This document shows positions 1 to 9,864 of a stretch of DNA of 64,000 nucleotides, piece by piece. Source of the stretch: Faecousia sp. (GTDB taxonomy: Bacteria > Bacillota > Clostridia > Oscillospirales > Oscillospiraceae); NCBI GenBank assembly GCA_045122735.1, contig JBGVHZ010000035.1, positions 7,913 through 71,912 of the forward strand, written 5' to 3'. Position 1 is the first letter of the stretch; each line of letters starts with the position of its first letter. A program made the translations under genes and the position numbers. The notes below the pieces were generated by a model, which worked only from the letters and a program-made list of their open reading frames with translations, searched no databases and was not told the origin of the DNA.

Positions 1-484
1 GGGTCTGGGTCACCGCGGAAAGAAATTCAGAGTTTCCCGCTTTCTGCTCTTCCAGGCATTTGATGTGGGCAGAGAGCTTATCTGCCGCCTTCACCACAGG
101 ACGCACATCCTTGTCTTCTTCCAGCACCAGCGGTGCATAGCTCTCCCGAAGCTCCTGGGGAAGCATATCCAGCAGCCGATTGCCAGCCACCTTTTCTACC
201 TGCTTGTAAGCAGCTTTCATTTCCGGGTTGTAATATTTAATAGGGGTAGGCAGATCCCCTGTGAGGATCTCTGTAGCATCGTGGTAAAGGGCTGCCACCG
301 CGCATTTATCCGGATCCGGACCGGGAAGATGCAAAATATCCCGGCGAATCAGGGCAAGGGCGTGAGCCAGCACCGCCACCTGATGGCTATGCTCCTGAAT
401 ATTCTCCGAAAAGGTGTTGCGCATCAAACCCCAGCGGGTAATATAGCGCATTCTGCCCATCAGGGCGTAAAATTCGTTTGCCAT
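1..484 (-). CDS. yfbR: 5'-deoxynucleotidase YfbR-like HD-domain protein (partial, runs off window start)
   Basis: Not in the ORF track; hand translation from ATG at 484 gives MANEFYALMGRMRYITRWGLMRNTFSENIQEHSHQVAVLAHALALI, matching the YfbR RW.LMRN...EN..EHS motif; lies directly downstream of the HAD gene. Confidence 0.85.
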   Translation of the reverse strand, partial: MANEFYALMGRMRYITRWGLMRNTFSENIQEHSHQVAVLAHALALIRRDILHLPGPDPDKCAVAALYHDATEILTGDLPTPIKYYNPEMKAAYKQVEKVAGNRLLDMLPQELRESYAPLVLEEDKDVRPVVKAADKLSAHIKCLEEQKAGNSEFLSAVTQT

Positions 485-486
485 GT

Positions 487-1125
487 TTATTCAATCATTT
501 CTTTTAACATTGTGGGAAGGTCTTTGGGGTTCAGACAGAAATGGGTAGCGCCTGCGGCACGGATGTCTTCTTCATCCTGAAAGCCCCATAAGACACTGAG
601 GCACTTGACCCCTGCAGCCTGAGCCGTCTTCACATCCACATTGCTGTCACCCACATAAATGCAGGTATCTACGCCCAATTCCTTCATCACAGCATAAAGC
701 ATATCCGGTGCCGGCTTCCGGGGACACTCAGGCCGTTCGCCACGAGCCAAAATGCCGGGGAAAAAGTCGGCACACAGGCTCACAGCTTCTCTGTCCGGCT
801 TGTTGGAAACTACTGCCATAGGAATTCCCTTCAGGGCTTCCAACGCTTCTACAATGCCCTCGTAAGGCTTTGTATTATCCCGGGTATGGTCTTTATAATA
901 ATTTCTGTAGGCCGCCAACACATCGTCCACAGGAGGATCCTCTTCCCTACCGGGCATTGCCAGCGCCACCAGTTGCCGGGCGCCGTTACCTAAGTAGCTG
1001 CGGATCTCTTTGGCGGTACGGGGAGGCAAGCCATACTGGGCAAGACCATGATTCACACTTACCGTCAGATCCTGCAAGGTATCCAGCAGCGTACCGTCCA
1101 AGTCAAAAAGGATACCGCATTTCAT
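487..1125 (-). CDS. HAD-superfamily hydrolase (phosphoglycolate phosphatase-like)
   Basis: FDLDGTLLDT motif I, SNK motif II, KPAPD and VGDSNVD motifs. Confidence 0.9.
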   Translation of the reverse strand: MKCGILFDLDGTLLDTLQDLTVSVNHGLAQYGLPPRTAKEIRSYLGNGARQLVALAMPGREEDPPVDDVLAAYRNYYKDHTRDNTKPYEGIVEALEALKGIPMAVVSNKPDREAVSLCADFFPGILARGERPECPRKPAPDMLYAVMKELGVDTCIYVGDSNVDVKTAQAAGVKCLSVLWGFQDEEDIRAAGATHFCLNPKDLPTMLKEMIE

Positions 1126-2093
1126 ACAAGCACCCCTCTGCTTTTCAGTACCCGGACATCCTCGCCATAGAAGGTCAACCCCTGGAAGTTACCCTGCAAA
1201 CGGGAAGCAATCTGGGGAGAATATCTTGCCCGTATTTCATCAATGGTTAGGTTGGTGGAAATCACCATAGGTTTTCCTGCCAAAAGCCGGTCGTTCACCA
1301 AGCTGTACAGGGCTGCGGTCACAAAATTGCCGGGCAACTCCGTTCCCAAATCGTCAATGATCAGAAGATCACAAGCTTCATACCGATGGACGACCTCCTG
1401 GGTAGCTTCATCGGGATTAAAGCGGTGCTTTTCCAGATTACTGAACAAGTGGGAAGCCGTTTCATAAGTAACACTGTAACCCTGCCGGGCAGCAGCGGTG
1501 GCAACGCAGGAAGAAAGGAAAGTTTTTCCCAGGCCTGTGCCGCCAACAAATAGCAGATTGCCTGCAAATTCCACAGCAAACCGCTTGGCAAGACGCAGGT
1601 TATTCTCCATCAGCATCCGGGGGCTGACACCGATCTTCGGATCGATACGGTCGGAATAGTAATCCAGCCGGAAATCAGAAAATTCCGCCTGTCCGCAAGA
1701 AAGCTTTTTTACTTCCTCCAGCTGCTCCTGCTGGCAAAGCTCTTTCAGGCAGCTGCACATTTCCTTGCCTACATAGCCCAAACCGCCGCAATGGGGGCAG
1801 AAAGAGGTATCTTCCAAAAAGCCTTTCGGGAAATTTTGGGAAGCCAATGCATCCCACTGTGCCTGTAAGGCTTCATTTTCCTTTTGCGCCTGTTCCATCG
1901 CCTTAACGCCTTCCGTGAAAGCACCCTGAACAGCCTGGGCAACATTTTGCTTCATCTGCATATCAATTTGCCGCAGCTGGGGTACTTCCCGGTAGGCCTG
2001 TTCCAGGTTGGCATAGTAGCGGGAACGCTTCTCCGTCTTTTCATTTTCCAGCCGCTGACGGGCGCGACCGATCACTTCACTGCTATAAGGCAT
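1122..2093 (-). CDS. dnaC: DnaC/IstB-family ATPase (replicative helicase loader)
   Basis: CPHC..CSC zinc motif, Walker A GGTGLGKT, Walker B LLIIDDLGTE, ISTNL; directly downstream of dnaD. Confidence 0.8.
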   Translation of the reverse strand: MPYSSEVIGRARQRLENEKTEKRSRYYANLEQAYREVPQLRQIDMQMKQNVAQAVQGAFTEGVKAMEQAQKENEALQAQWDALASQNFPKGFLEDTSFCPHCGGLGYVGKEMCSCLKELCQQEQLEEVKKLSCGQAEFSDFRLDYYSDRIDPKIGVSPRMLMENNLRLAKRFAVEFAGNLLFVGGTGLGKTFLSSCVATAAARQGYSVTYETASHLFSNLEKHRFNPDEATQEVVHRYEACDLLIIDDLGTELPGNFVTAALYSLVNDRLLAGKPMVISTNLTIDEIRARYSPQIASRLQGNFQGLTFYGEDVRVLKSRGVLV

Positions 2094-2094
2094 A

Positions 2095-2967
2095 TTAACT
2101 CTCCTTCAGCACACGGGCAATATTTTCAAGCTCTGCCTGTCCCAGCTGGCCGGATCCGCCCTTGGGAGGTGTGCGCTTATCCCCTTCTTTGACTTGCTTT
2201 GCGCTATGGTAGCCGGCCTCGTGCCAGCGCTGCAAGATCTTATTCATATAAGCCCAGTTCATACCGCCGGTATTCAGGCAGGTGCGTTCATAGGCGAGGG
2301 CCAATGCGTCTTCCTCAAAGCCCATTTCCAGCCAGGAGGACGCATATTTGTCCTCTGCCTGGGTCAAACTTCTGCCCCGGATCTGCAAAAGCGCCTTCAG
2401 TTTTTCCAGCTTGGTATCCCGAAGATTCATCTTTTGGATGTAAGCAGCAGCCTCTTCCACGGTATCGATCCCCTGTTCTGCCCAAGCATATGCCGCTTTT
2501 TCAATGCTGAGAAGGGACGGCAGACGAAGCTTGCCTTTTTGTCTTGCTCTGTCACGGCAATGGCAGACCAGCATAAAGATCACTTCCGTGGACATACCTA
2601 AATAGCGCATCATTCCCAAAAGGATCTTCAGCTCCTCAACGGTAAGGGTCTTGCCCAAGATCCGTTCCAATTCTCGGCGCAGAGACATAAAGTCCATATC
2701 CTGCTGCGCACCCAAAACATCCTCTTCTGTATACCGGGGTCGTTCTCCCAAAGGAACAAAATGCTTTTCTTCCTGGTAAAGGCCCAACTGCCGCAGCGTT
2801 GCAGCGGCGCATTGGAACCGTGACTGGCTCATATGCAGATCCTCCATGGCAGTATCCATCGGATTGCCGCATTTCAGATACACATACAGAAGCGCCCCGT
2901 CCGGGCTGGCTGCAGAGAGCAGCTTTTCCGCATCTATTTTCTGGATCTCCACCTGGGAAACACGCAC
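2095..2967 (-). CDS. dnaD: DnaD/DnaB-domain replication protein
   Basis: Two DnaD-like repeats, C-terminal AYMNKILQRW (YxxxILxxW); GTG start with AGGAG RBS. Confidence 0.8.
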   Translation of the reverse strand: MRVSQVEIQKIDAEKLLSAASPDGALLYVYLKCGNPMDTAMEDLHMSQSRFQCAAATLRQLGLYQEEKHFVPLGERPRYTEEDVLGAQQDMDFMSLRRELERILGKTLTVEELKILLGMMRYLGMSTEVIFMLVCHCRDRARQKGKLRLPSLLSIEKAAYAWAEQGIDTVEEAAAYIQKMNLRDTKLEKLKALLQIRGRSLTQAEDKYASSWLEMGFEEDALALAYERTCLNTGGMNWAYMNKILQRWHEAGYHSAKQVKEGDKRTPPKGGSGQLGQAELENIARVLKES

Positions 2968-2997
2968 GGCGCACTCCTCCTTTTACATTTTTCGTCC

Positions 2998-3026
2998 ATT
3001 ATAGCACAGTTTCGCCTTTCGTGCAA
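2998..3026 (-). promoter_or_regulatory. sigma-A promoter of the dnaD operon
   Basis: Minus strand TTGCAC-17 nt-TATAAT. Confidence 0.7.
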
Positions 3027-3092
3027 CGGCTGAAAAAGAAAAGTTTCTTCTCTTTTCTCCTCCGGTGCTATCAGAAGTATTCTTATACAAAA

Positions 3093-3140
3093 AGCACTTT
3101 TGAACACAGCTTCTGCAGAAGCGCTGTCCAAAAGTGCTCT
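3093..3140. terminator. Hairpin just downstream of the AraC gene (probable intrinsic terminator)
   Basis: AGCACTTTTG...CAAAAGTGCT inverted repeat with inner stem. Confidence 0.5.
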
Positions 3141-3145
3141 TTCAT

Positions 3146-4099
3146 TTAATTCCATTCAGCCGAAAACGCAGGCCCCATATGCTTTTGGAGCAGTTGCAGA
3201 CTTTCCGGTTGGCTGCATTTCCAGTACAAGGTGTCTGCACCGGTCAGTGCATTGTAATCTGCCTGGACTTCTATTCGCTTACGGTACTCTGCGACAGAAC
3301 AGCCAAAGGCCTTTTGACAAGCATCTTCCAAATACCGTCTGTCAGAAAAGCCACAGTTCATACAAATATCCACCATGGAAATATTCTTATCGTGGAGCAA
3401 TACAAGCGCTTTTTCCAGCCGCTGATTTTTCAGATACTCCTGAAAAGACACACCAAAATTCTTGCGGAAGAAGTGGGAAAGATAGGTGGTAGAAATCTCT
3501 TCTCTTTCCGCCAGCATCGCCAGCGTGATCTTCTGCCGATAGTTCTCATCGATATAGCTGATCAGCCGCTGCACCCGGTTTTTCTGAAGTTCCTTACCGG
3601 TGGTATCCGAGTTATCCTCCAGCTCCCAATCCAACCAAGCATACAGCTTGCCGAGGATGGCCGTGGCGTGGGCGATCACATCAAAATGCTTAACTCCGCT
3701 GCCATCCAAATAGGCGCAGGCGGTACGCAGCAAAAGATCCACCAGCTGATCGTGCTTTTCCTTGGGAAGCTGTCCCACCTGCATAGTGTTAAAGCGAAGT
3801 CTGGGGATGGATTCCACATAGCGACGGATAAACAGCTTATGCACCTGCAGAGTCAGCAGCACCAAAGGCTGATCCCCTATCGCAGCGAAGCTGTGCTGTT
3901 CATAAGGATTGGTCAATATCAAAGATCCGGGGGTAACAATATGTCTGTATGCGCCCTGACCGTACTGAGCGCTGCCTTCCAGGACATAGCTAAGTTCAAA
4001 AGATCCGTGCATATGCTCACTCAGATAATTGATCTTACTGATGTAAACATTGATATGCCGAACACGGTCGTAACGGATCATCTCCTGCTCTATATCCAT
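3146..4099 (-). CDS. AraC-family transcriptional regulator
   Basis: N-terminal cupin (EHMHGSFEL), C-terminal HTH (YLSHFFRKNFG...CGFSD). Confidence 0.9.
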   Translation of the reverse strand: MDIEQEMIRYDRVRHINVYISKINYLSEHMHGSFELSYVLEGSAQYGQGAYRHIVTPGSLILTNPYEQHSFAAIGDQPLVLLTLQVHKLFIRRYVESIPRLRFNTMQVGQLPKEKHDQLVDLLLRTACAYLDGSGVKHFDVIAHATAILGKLYAWLDWELEDNSDTTGKELQKNRVQRLISYIDENYRQKITLAMLAEREEISTTYLSHFFRKNFGVSFQEYLKNQRLEKALVLLHDKNISMVDICMNCGFSDRRYLEDACQKAFGCSVAEYRKRIEVQADYNALTGADTLYWKCSQPESLQLLQKHMGPAFSAEWN

Positions 4100-4134
4100 T
4101 GTGCATCCCCTTTCTTGAAAATTTTTATATTTTG

Positions 4135-5334
4135 TTACTGCAAAAGCCGTGTAAGCATACTATCCAGCATACCCAAACACCGCATCACATGGAAGGGGCC
4201 CTTAAAGGTAGAACCCTTGCAGGCAGGCTGTGTAGGCTGTCCGTCACGACGCAAATAGCCGTACCACTCTCCGATCTCGCTATCTGCAAAATACTTTTGG
4301 CAGTAGTCCAGCAGCGTTGCAAAGTGGTCCAAATAGGCTTCCTTGCCCGTATCCCGATAGATCATCAGGGATGCGATCAGCGCCTCATTATGGGGCCACC
4401 AAAGCTTCATATCGTGTTCGTAGGCTTCCGGGGGATTGCCCAGGCAGTCCACAAAGTACAAAATGCCGCCGTACTCTTTATCCCAGCCCATTTTGAAGGC
4501 CATATCAAAAATCTTGACCGCTTCTGCGTGCAGAGCCGCATCCCCAGTCTCATTGGCACGATCCATCAGGAACCAGGCGCACTCAATATCATGTCCGGGA
4601 TTGACGATGCGACCTTCCGTAATATCCAGCCGAGTCTGTCCCTCCGGGCCAACATTTTCCAGCACACAGCCAAGCTCCGGCTTTACATGATAACGAAGGA
4701 TATCCCCCACACACTGGCTGGCTCTTTGGTCATACAGTTCTTTCCGCTCCGGATCAACACGGCTCAAAACGCCGGTCACATTCAGCAAGATCATAGGAAT
4801 GCCCAAGCTGCGCCCGGTGCGGGTCTCGGGAATGGTCTTTGCCCCAAGTCCGGTAGGATCTTCCATGCCGTGGTTCAAGTCCCAATACAAATCATAGGCC
4901 CGTCTTGCACGGTCCAAATGGGTCTTTTCCCCGGTGATGCCATAGTACTCTGCATTTGCCATGCAGTAGAAAGCCTCACTGTAGCAGTAACGACGCTGCC
5001 GCAGAGGACGGCCATCCTCTGTGACGGTGAAATACAATCTGCCGCCGGCATCCCGGTTGATGCAGTATGCTTCCAGAAAATCAATGCAGCTTTTGGAGGC
5101 CGCCAGCCATTCCTGCCGAACACCGTACATCCGGCAAAGCCAGGCATACATCCAGCCGCAGCGACCCTGCATCCACACGCTCTTATCGGTGGAGAAGATC
5201 TTTCCGTTGCGATCCAGGCAGGTATAAACACCGCCATGGACAACATCCATGCCGTTTTTCAGCCAGAAAGCCGCTGCCTTATCCAGCTCTTCCCGTACCC
5301 ACGCCTGGGCTTGGGTCAAAAATTCTTTGTTCAT
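4135..5334 (-). CDS. AGE-family (N-acylglucosamine 2-epimerase) protein 1
   Basis: DKSVWMQGR, NPGHDIE, KLWWPHNE, KGPFH motifs. Confidence 0.88.
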   Translation of the reverse strand: MNKEFLTQAQAWVREELDKAAAFWLKNGMDVVHGGVYTCLDRNGKIFSTDKSVWMQGRCGWMYAWLCRMYGVRQEWLAASKSCIDFLEAYCINRDAGGRLYFTVTEDGRPLRQRRYCYSEAFYCMANAEYYGITGEKTHLDRARRAYDLYWDLNHGMEDPTGLGAKTIPETRTGRSLGIPMILLNVTGVLSRVDPERKELYDQRASQCVGDILRYHVKPELGCVLENVGPEGQTRLDITEGRIVNPGHDIECAWFLMDRANETGDAALHAEAVKIFDMAFKMGWDKEYGGILYFVDCLGNPPEAYEHDMKLWWPHNEALIASLMIYRDTGKEAYLDHFATLLDYCQKYFADSEIGEWYGYLRRDGQPTQPACKGSTFKGPFHVMRCLGMLDSMLTRLLQ

Positions 5335-6245
5335 ACAAAGGCCCTCTTGGCTGCGGTGATCTTGTCTGCCACCAGCTTGACCACCTTCTCATCCTCAGGG
5401 AACAGATTTGCCAGGGGCGCACGCACACCGCCCAGCTCCAGACCCTCTGTCAACTTCAGAGAGGCCTTGATCACTGCATAGAGATTTCCCTTGGCAGAGC
5501 ACATCGTGTAAATGATGTCATCAATGGCATCCTGCAGCTGCAGAGCCTTTTCCAGCTCCTTGCTTTCGATCAGGCTGTTAAGCTTCACAAACAGCTCCGG
5601 CATTGCGCCATAGGTGCCGCCGATACCGGCTGCTGCGCCCATCACTCTGCCACTCAGAAACTGCTCATCGGGTCCGTTAAATACAACAAAATCCCGATCC
5701 TTGCAGCCTTCTGTGCGGAACATCTGAATGTCCTGCACGGGCATAGAGGAATTCTTTACGCCTACAACTCTGGGGTTTTTCAGCATTTCCTTCAGCAGCG
5801 GAATGGTCAACGCCACACCGGCAAGCTGGGGAATATTATAAATTATGAAATCCGTATTGGGCGCTGCTGCACTGATGTCATTCCAGTATTTGGCAATGGC
5901 ATGCTCCGGCAGTTTGAAATAGATGGGAGGAATAGCGGCAATGGCATCCACGCCCAGCTTTTCTGCGTGGGCAGCCAGTTCCTGGCTGTCTCTGGTATTG
6001 TTGCAGGCCACATGGGCAATGACCACCAGCTTACCTTCTGCTGCAGCCATCACATTTTCCAGAACTACTTTCCGTTCTTCCACGCTCTGGTAGATGCACT
6101 CACCGGAGGAGCCGCCTACATAGACGCCCTGCACCCCTTTTTCGATCAAAAAGCGGGTAAGCTTTTGTACATTTTCCGGAGAAATGTTGCCATTTTCATC
6201 ATAGCAAGCGTAAAACGCTGGAAATACACCGATATATTTCTTCAT
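5331..6245 (-). CDS. nanA: N-acetylneuraminate lyase (DHDPS/NAL family)
   Basis: GGSSGE, YNIPQLAG, GVKNSS (Schiff-base Lys), FNGPDE, GIGGTY; start reassigned to MKKYIG at 6245; stop overlaps AGE start. Confidence 0.8.
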   Translation of the reverse strand: MKKYIGVFPAFYACYDENGNISPENVQKLTRFLIEKGVQGVYVGGSSGECIYQSVEERKVVLENVMAAAEGKLVVIAHVACNNTRDSQELAAHAEKLGVDAIAAIPPIYFKLPEHAIAKYWNDISAAAPNTDFIIYNIPQLAGVALTIPLLKEMLKNPRVVGVKNSSMPVQDIQMFRTEGCKDRDFVVFNGPDEQFLSGRVMGAAAGIGGTYGAMPELFVKLNSLIESKELEKALQLQDAIDDIIYTMCSAKGNLYAVIKASLKLTEGLELGGVRAPLANLFPEDEKVVKLVADKITAAKRAFV

Positions 6246-6258
6246 ATTTCGTCCATCC

Positions 6259-7587
6259 TTACTCGGCCATTTCAGCCAGGATCTTCTTGCCTTCTTCACA
6301 GATCAGCTCTGCAATGCCAGCCTTAAAATTAGAACTTCTGGCTTCATAGCCGCCCTCGTCATAGGCTTCCTTCATGGGGAAATAGCCTTCCTTGCCATTG
6401 GTGTTGCAGGTGGGCAGGATCATTGCCCAGCCTTCCGTTTCCTTCAGGCTGAAGCCCACACCGGAGAAGGGCTCACCAGGAATGCCAATAAAGGCAACAG
6501 GACCGACAGCGATACCGGTCATAGGCATTTCAAAGTAATCCGGCGCATTTTCCAGCCGGACCATACGGCCTGCTTCAGCAATAATGGTGGTGCGGAGCAT
6601 ACCCTTCACATCGGGCAGGATCTCCTGCTGGGTCATTCCGGAAACATACATATCATTGATGCGATGTGCCTCCGGCAAAAGGGCAGGATCTGCCTTATTG
6701 GCAGGGGCCATAGCGACCTTAAAGACATACTTCAGCTTATCCACATCCACATAGCGCATCTTATCGTACACCTGCATCACGGCACCGGTGATCACACGAC
6801 CCATGCGCTGGGCATTTCCATAGTCGTAGCCCTTATTGTTTTCCCATTCCTTGGGGAAACGGTTCACATGGTTCACATCACCCTGCACACCGGTAAAGAA
6901 CAGGCACTTGGTGCCGGGAATGGCCTGCTCGGTATATTTACGCACAAAGCCGGGCCAGTCAGCAGATACCAGATTGCCACCCACGCTATCGGGGTGGTTA
7001 CCAAAATTGGCAAGGATAATGGTATCGCCTTCCCGGTCAAACCGCAGCACATTTACCCGCTCATCCACCTTGCCTACAGGCCCGATAATATTAGGGTCAT
7101 TCAGCTTGGGATTGGTGGCAACAGGGCCGTCCTTCATATAAAAGCGACGAATATAGGCAATATTGGGAGCAGTGGAAACTGCATAGCCCATCTTTGCAGG
7201 CTTCAGATCCTGCATAGCCAGCACAGCGCTGTCTACCACTTTGCGGAAGAACTGCTTGTAATAGATCTGCTCGATTTCTGCTTCCGCATCAGGATCCACA
7301 GCAGGACCTGTGTGAGTATGGGTGCTGTGGATGTACACAGCTTCTGCAGGAATACCGGTGGTGCGGGCAATTTCTTTCCGCAGGTAGTTAAGCACTTTGC
7401 GCATAACACCCAGGTGATCCAGGCTGATAAGCACGACCTTGGTATCTTCGCAGGCAAAGCAGATGCAATTTGCTTCCAGTTCATCTCGTACGCCTTCGGC
7501 AAGGCGCTTACGGAAGTAGCCCATCAGGCGAACACCCAAGGGAGGTGTTATATTCACACGGGAAAAGCCAACTTGCAATGTATTCAT
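6259..7587 (-). CDS. Neutral/alkaline ceramidase-fold metallo-amidohydrolase, paralog A
   Basis: VGFSRVNITPP, HSTHTHTGP metal motif, NFGNHPD, SADWPG, GDVNH, GGYEAR; no signal peptide; start at MNTLQ with GGAGG RBS. Confidence 0.7.
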   Translation of the reverse strand: MNTLQVGFSRVNITPPLGVRLMGYFRKRLAEGVRDELEANCICFACEDTKVVLISLDHLGVMRKVLNYLRKEIARTTGIPAEAVYIHSTHTHTGPAVDPDAEAEIEQIYYKQFFRKVVDSAVLAMQDLKPAKMGYAVSTAPNIAYIRRFYMKDGPVATNPKLNDPNIIGPVGKVDERVNVLRFDREGDTIILANFGNHPDSVGGNLVSADWPGFVRKYTEQAIPGTKCLFFTGVQGDVNHVNRFPKEWENNKGYDYGNAQRMGRVITGAVMQVYDKMRYVDVDKLKYVFKVAMAPANKADPALLPEAHRINDMYVSGMTQQEILPDVKGMLRTTIIAEAGRMVRLENAPDYFEMPMTGIAVGPVAFIGIPGEPFSGVGFSLKETEGWAMILPTCNTNGKEGYFPMKEAYDEGGYEARSSNFKAGIAELICEEGKKILAEMAE

Positions 7588-7619
7588 CTTATTTTCCTCC
7601 AAAAGCGGTACTTTTACAG

Positions 7620-8948
7620 TTATTCAGCCAGTTCTTTCAGAAGCTTCTTGCCTTCCTGGCAGATCAGTTCTGCAGTACCGGCCTTAAAGTTGGCGCTGCG
7701 AGCCTCATAGCCGCCTTCGCCGTAGCAATCTTCCATGGGGAAGTAGCCTTCAGAGCCGTTGGTGATACAGGTAGGCAGCACAACTGCCCAATCGTCGGAC
7801 TCCTTCAAGCCAAGGCCAACACCGGTAAAGCCTTCACCGGGAACGCCGATAAATGCCACGGGACCAATGGCAATAGCGCTCAGGGGCATGGGGTACAGAT
7901 CCGGGCCATCTGCCCACTGCACGATACGGCGGGCTTCAGACAGCAGGGTAACACGCATCATGCCTTCCACATCCGGGAAAATCTGCTTCATAGTGGCACC
8001 GTTCAGGCGCATTTCATAGAGCCGCTTTGCCTCCGGCACTTCCTCCGGCTTGGGCCGGTTGGTGGGAGCCATGACTACCCGGTGCAGATACTTGATGTTA
8101 TCCACATCCACATAGTGGACCTTGTCGTAAACCTGCAGAACGCTGCCGGTCATAACACGGCCGATCCGCTGGGGAATTCTATAGTCGTAGCCCTGGAGAG
8201 TATCCCACTCCTCGTGGAAGTAGTTTTCGTGGTTCACATCGCCCTGCATGCCGTTAAAGAACAGGCACTTCACACCGGGGATCGCCCGCTCGGTGTACTT
8301 ACGCAGGAAACCGGGCCAGTCAGCAGAGATCCGCTTGCCGCCGATAGTGTCGGGGTGGTTACCAAAGTTTACAAGGATCACAGTATCCTCTTCCCGGTCA
8401 AAACGAAGCACATTTACACGCTCGTCCACCTGACCTGCAGGACCTACGATATTGGGATCATTGGGCTCAGGGTTGGTCATTACCTCCCCATCCTTGGTCA
8501 AATAACGGCGGATGAAAGCAACATCGTGGGCATGGGAAACCGCATAGCCCATCTTTGCAGGCTTCAGATCCTGCACTGCCAGCACCACGCTGTCCACCAG
8601 CTTGCGGAACAGCTGGTCCTTATAAAGCTTTTCCAGCTCCGTAGCAGGCTCTTTGTTTACAAAAGGACCGGTGTGGATATGGGTACAGTGGACATACACT
8701 GCATCGAAAGGAATGCCGGTGACCGTCTCCACATCCTTGCGCAGTTCATTGAGCACTGCCTGCTGCATACCGATATGATCAACCGCTAACATTGCCACCT
8801 TGGTATCACCGCAGGCAAGGCAAAGGCAGTTTGCTTCCAGCTCGTCCAGAACGCCCTCAGCAGGACGCTTCCGCCAGGAACCGGCAAGACCGATGCCCAG
8901 AGGAGGTGTAATATTCACTCGAGAAAAGCCAACCTGTAATGTGTTCAT
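7620..8948 (-). CDS. Neutral/alkaline ceramidase-fold metallo-amidohydrolase, paralog B
   Basis: Same motifs (HCTHIHTGP, NFGNHPD, GGYEAR); N-terminal MNTLQVGFSRVNITPPLG identical to paralog A. Confidence 0.7.
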   Translation of the reverse strand: MNTLQVGFSRVNITPPLGIGLAGSWRKRPAEGVLDELEANCLCLACGDTKVAMLAVDHIGMQQAVLNELRKDVETVTGIPFDAVYVHCTHIHTGPFVNKEPATELEKLYKDQLFRKLVDSVVLAVQDLKPAKMGYAVSHAHDVAFIRRYLTKDGEVMTNPEPNDPNIVGPAGQVDERVNVLRFDREEDTVILVNFGNHPDTIGGKRISADWPGFLRKYTERAIPGVKCLFFNGMQGDVNHENYFHEEWDTLQGYDYRIPQRIGRVMTGSVLQVYDKVHYVDVDNIKYLHRVVMAPTNRPKPEEVPEAKRLYEMRLNGATMKQIFPDVEGMMRVTLLSEARRIVQWADGPDLYPMPLSAIAIGPVAFIGVPGEGFTGVGLGLKESDDWAVVLPTCITNGSEGYFPMEDCYGEGGYEARSANFKAGTAELICQEGKKLLKELAE

Positions 8949-8987
8949 GTTGCTACCTCCTGAAGTAGAAATTGTAATAAAATTCAA

Positions 8988-9021
8988 GACTTTCTTGCTA
9001 TAATCGTTAGATTATCTTGCG
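8988..9021 (-). promoter_or_regulatory. Tandem direct-repeat operator candidate upstream of ceramidase-like/nanA operon
   Basis: Minus strand CGCAAGATAATC (9021-9010) and AGCAAGAAAGTC (8999-8988), 22 bp period, the second at the -35 position of a TACAAT -10. Confidence 0.5.
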
Positions 9022-9842
9022 TTTTCTTCCGCAATGATCTGCATTCTGGGTTTATCCCGGAACTGCAGAGGGGTCATTCCGCATTCTTCCTTGAACACCC
9101 GGCAGAAGTAAGACTGGCTGCTGAAGCCGCAGCGCTGGCTGATCTGCCCGATAGTCAAATTGGTGGTTTCCATCAGATTTTTAGCAGAAATGATCCGGGT
9201 CTTCAAAATATAATTCATCACCGTAAGGCCGGTGGACTGCTTAAATTTTCTGCAGAAATAATACTTGCTCACATGGATGGCATCGCAAATGCGGTCGATA
9301 CGCAGATCCTCATGAATATGGATATTGATGTATTCTACCGCCTTTTGCACCATACCGGAGGTGGGGAAAGGAATGTCCGTGGAATACTGATCCAGCATCA
9401 TTAGAAGCCGGATAAACTGACCTACCAAAATAGCATCCCGATACTCTTCCCGCTCTCCCAGCTTCTGCACCTCATCGAAAATGGCAGCGATCCGGGGCTG
9501 CTCATCTGCTTCCGGCAGGGCATACACCATGGACTCGGCGGAAAACCGTTCCTTCATCTTCATACTTTCCGGAAACAGCTCCAGCACCTTGGCAAGGTCC
9601 TGATCGGTAAGATATACCTTGCTGCGCACATAGGCCTGGGGCACATTGGGCAGCGTATAGTAGGACTTATTGGAGCCAACAAAGCAAAGGCAGCCGGCGG
9701 TGAGGGGGTAGTTCCGCTCCCGGCTAATGATACTGCCGCTTCCGCCGTGGCAATAGAGGATCATATTCCGGTAAAGGGTGTGCCAGGTATTAAACCGGGA
9801 GTCATACCCCACTTGGCGAATTCTGAAATCATTCTCCACCAC
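9012..9842 (-). CDS. AraC-family transcriptional regulator
   Basis: C-terminal VSKYYFCRKFKQSTG...CGFSSQSYFCRVFK..GMTP. Confidence 0.9.
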   Translation of the reverse strand: MVENDFRIRQVGYDSRFNTWHTLYRNMILYCHGGSGSIISRERNYPLTAGCLCFVGSNKSYYTLPNVPQAYVRSKVYLTDQDLAKVLELFPESMKMKERFSAESMVYALPEADEQPRIAAIFDEVQKLGEREEYRDAILVGQFIRLLMMLDQYSTDIPFPTSGMVQKAVEYINIHIHEDLRIDRICDAIHVSKYYFCRKFKQSTGLTVMNYILKTRIISAKNLMETTNLTIGQISQRCGFSSQSYFCRVFKEECGMTPLQFRDKPRMQIIAEENAR

Positions 9843-9864
9843 ACGATCCTCCTTCTGCTAAAAA

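Noticed and set aside
65-580. 171 aa plus-strand ORF
   Set aside because: Shadow of the minus-strand yfbR and HAD genes.
1122-2967. dnaD-dnaC pair as prophage replication module or IS21 istB
   Set aside because: In an operon with HAD and yfbR under a sigma-A promoter; no transposase, integrase or phage genes nearby.
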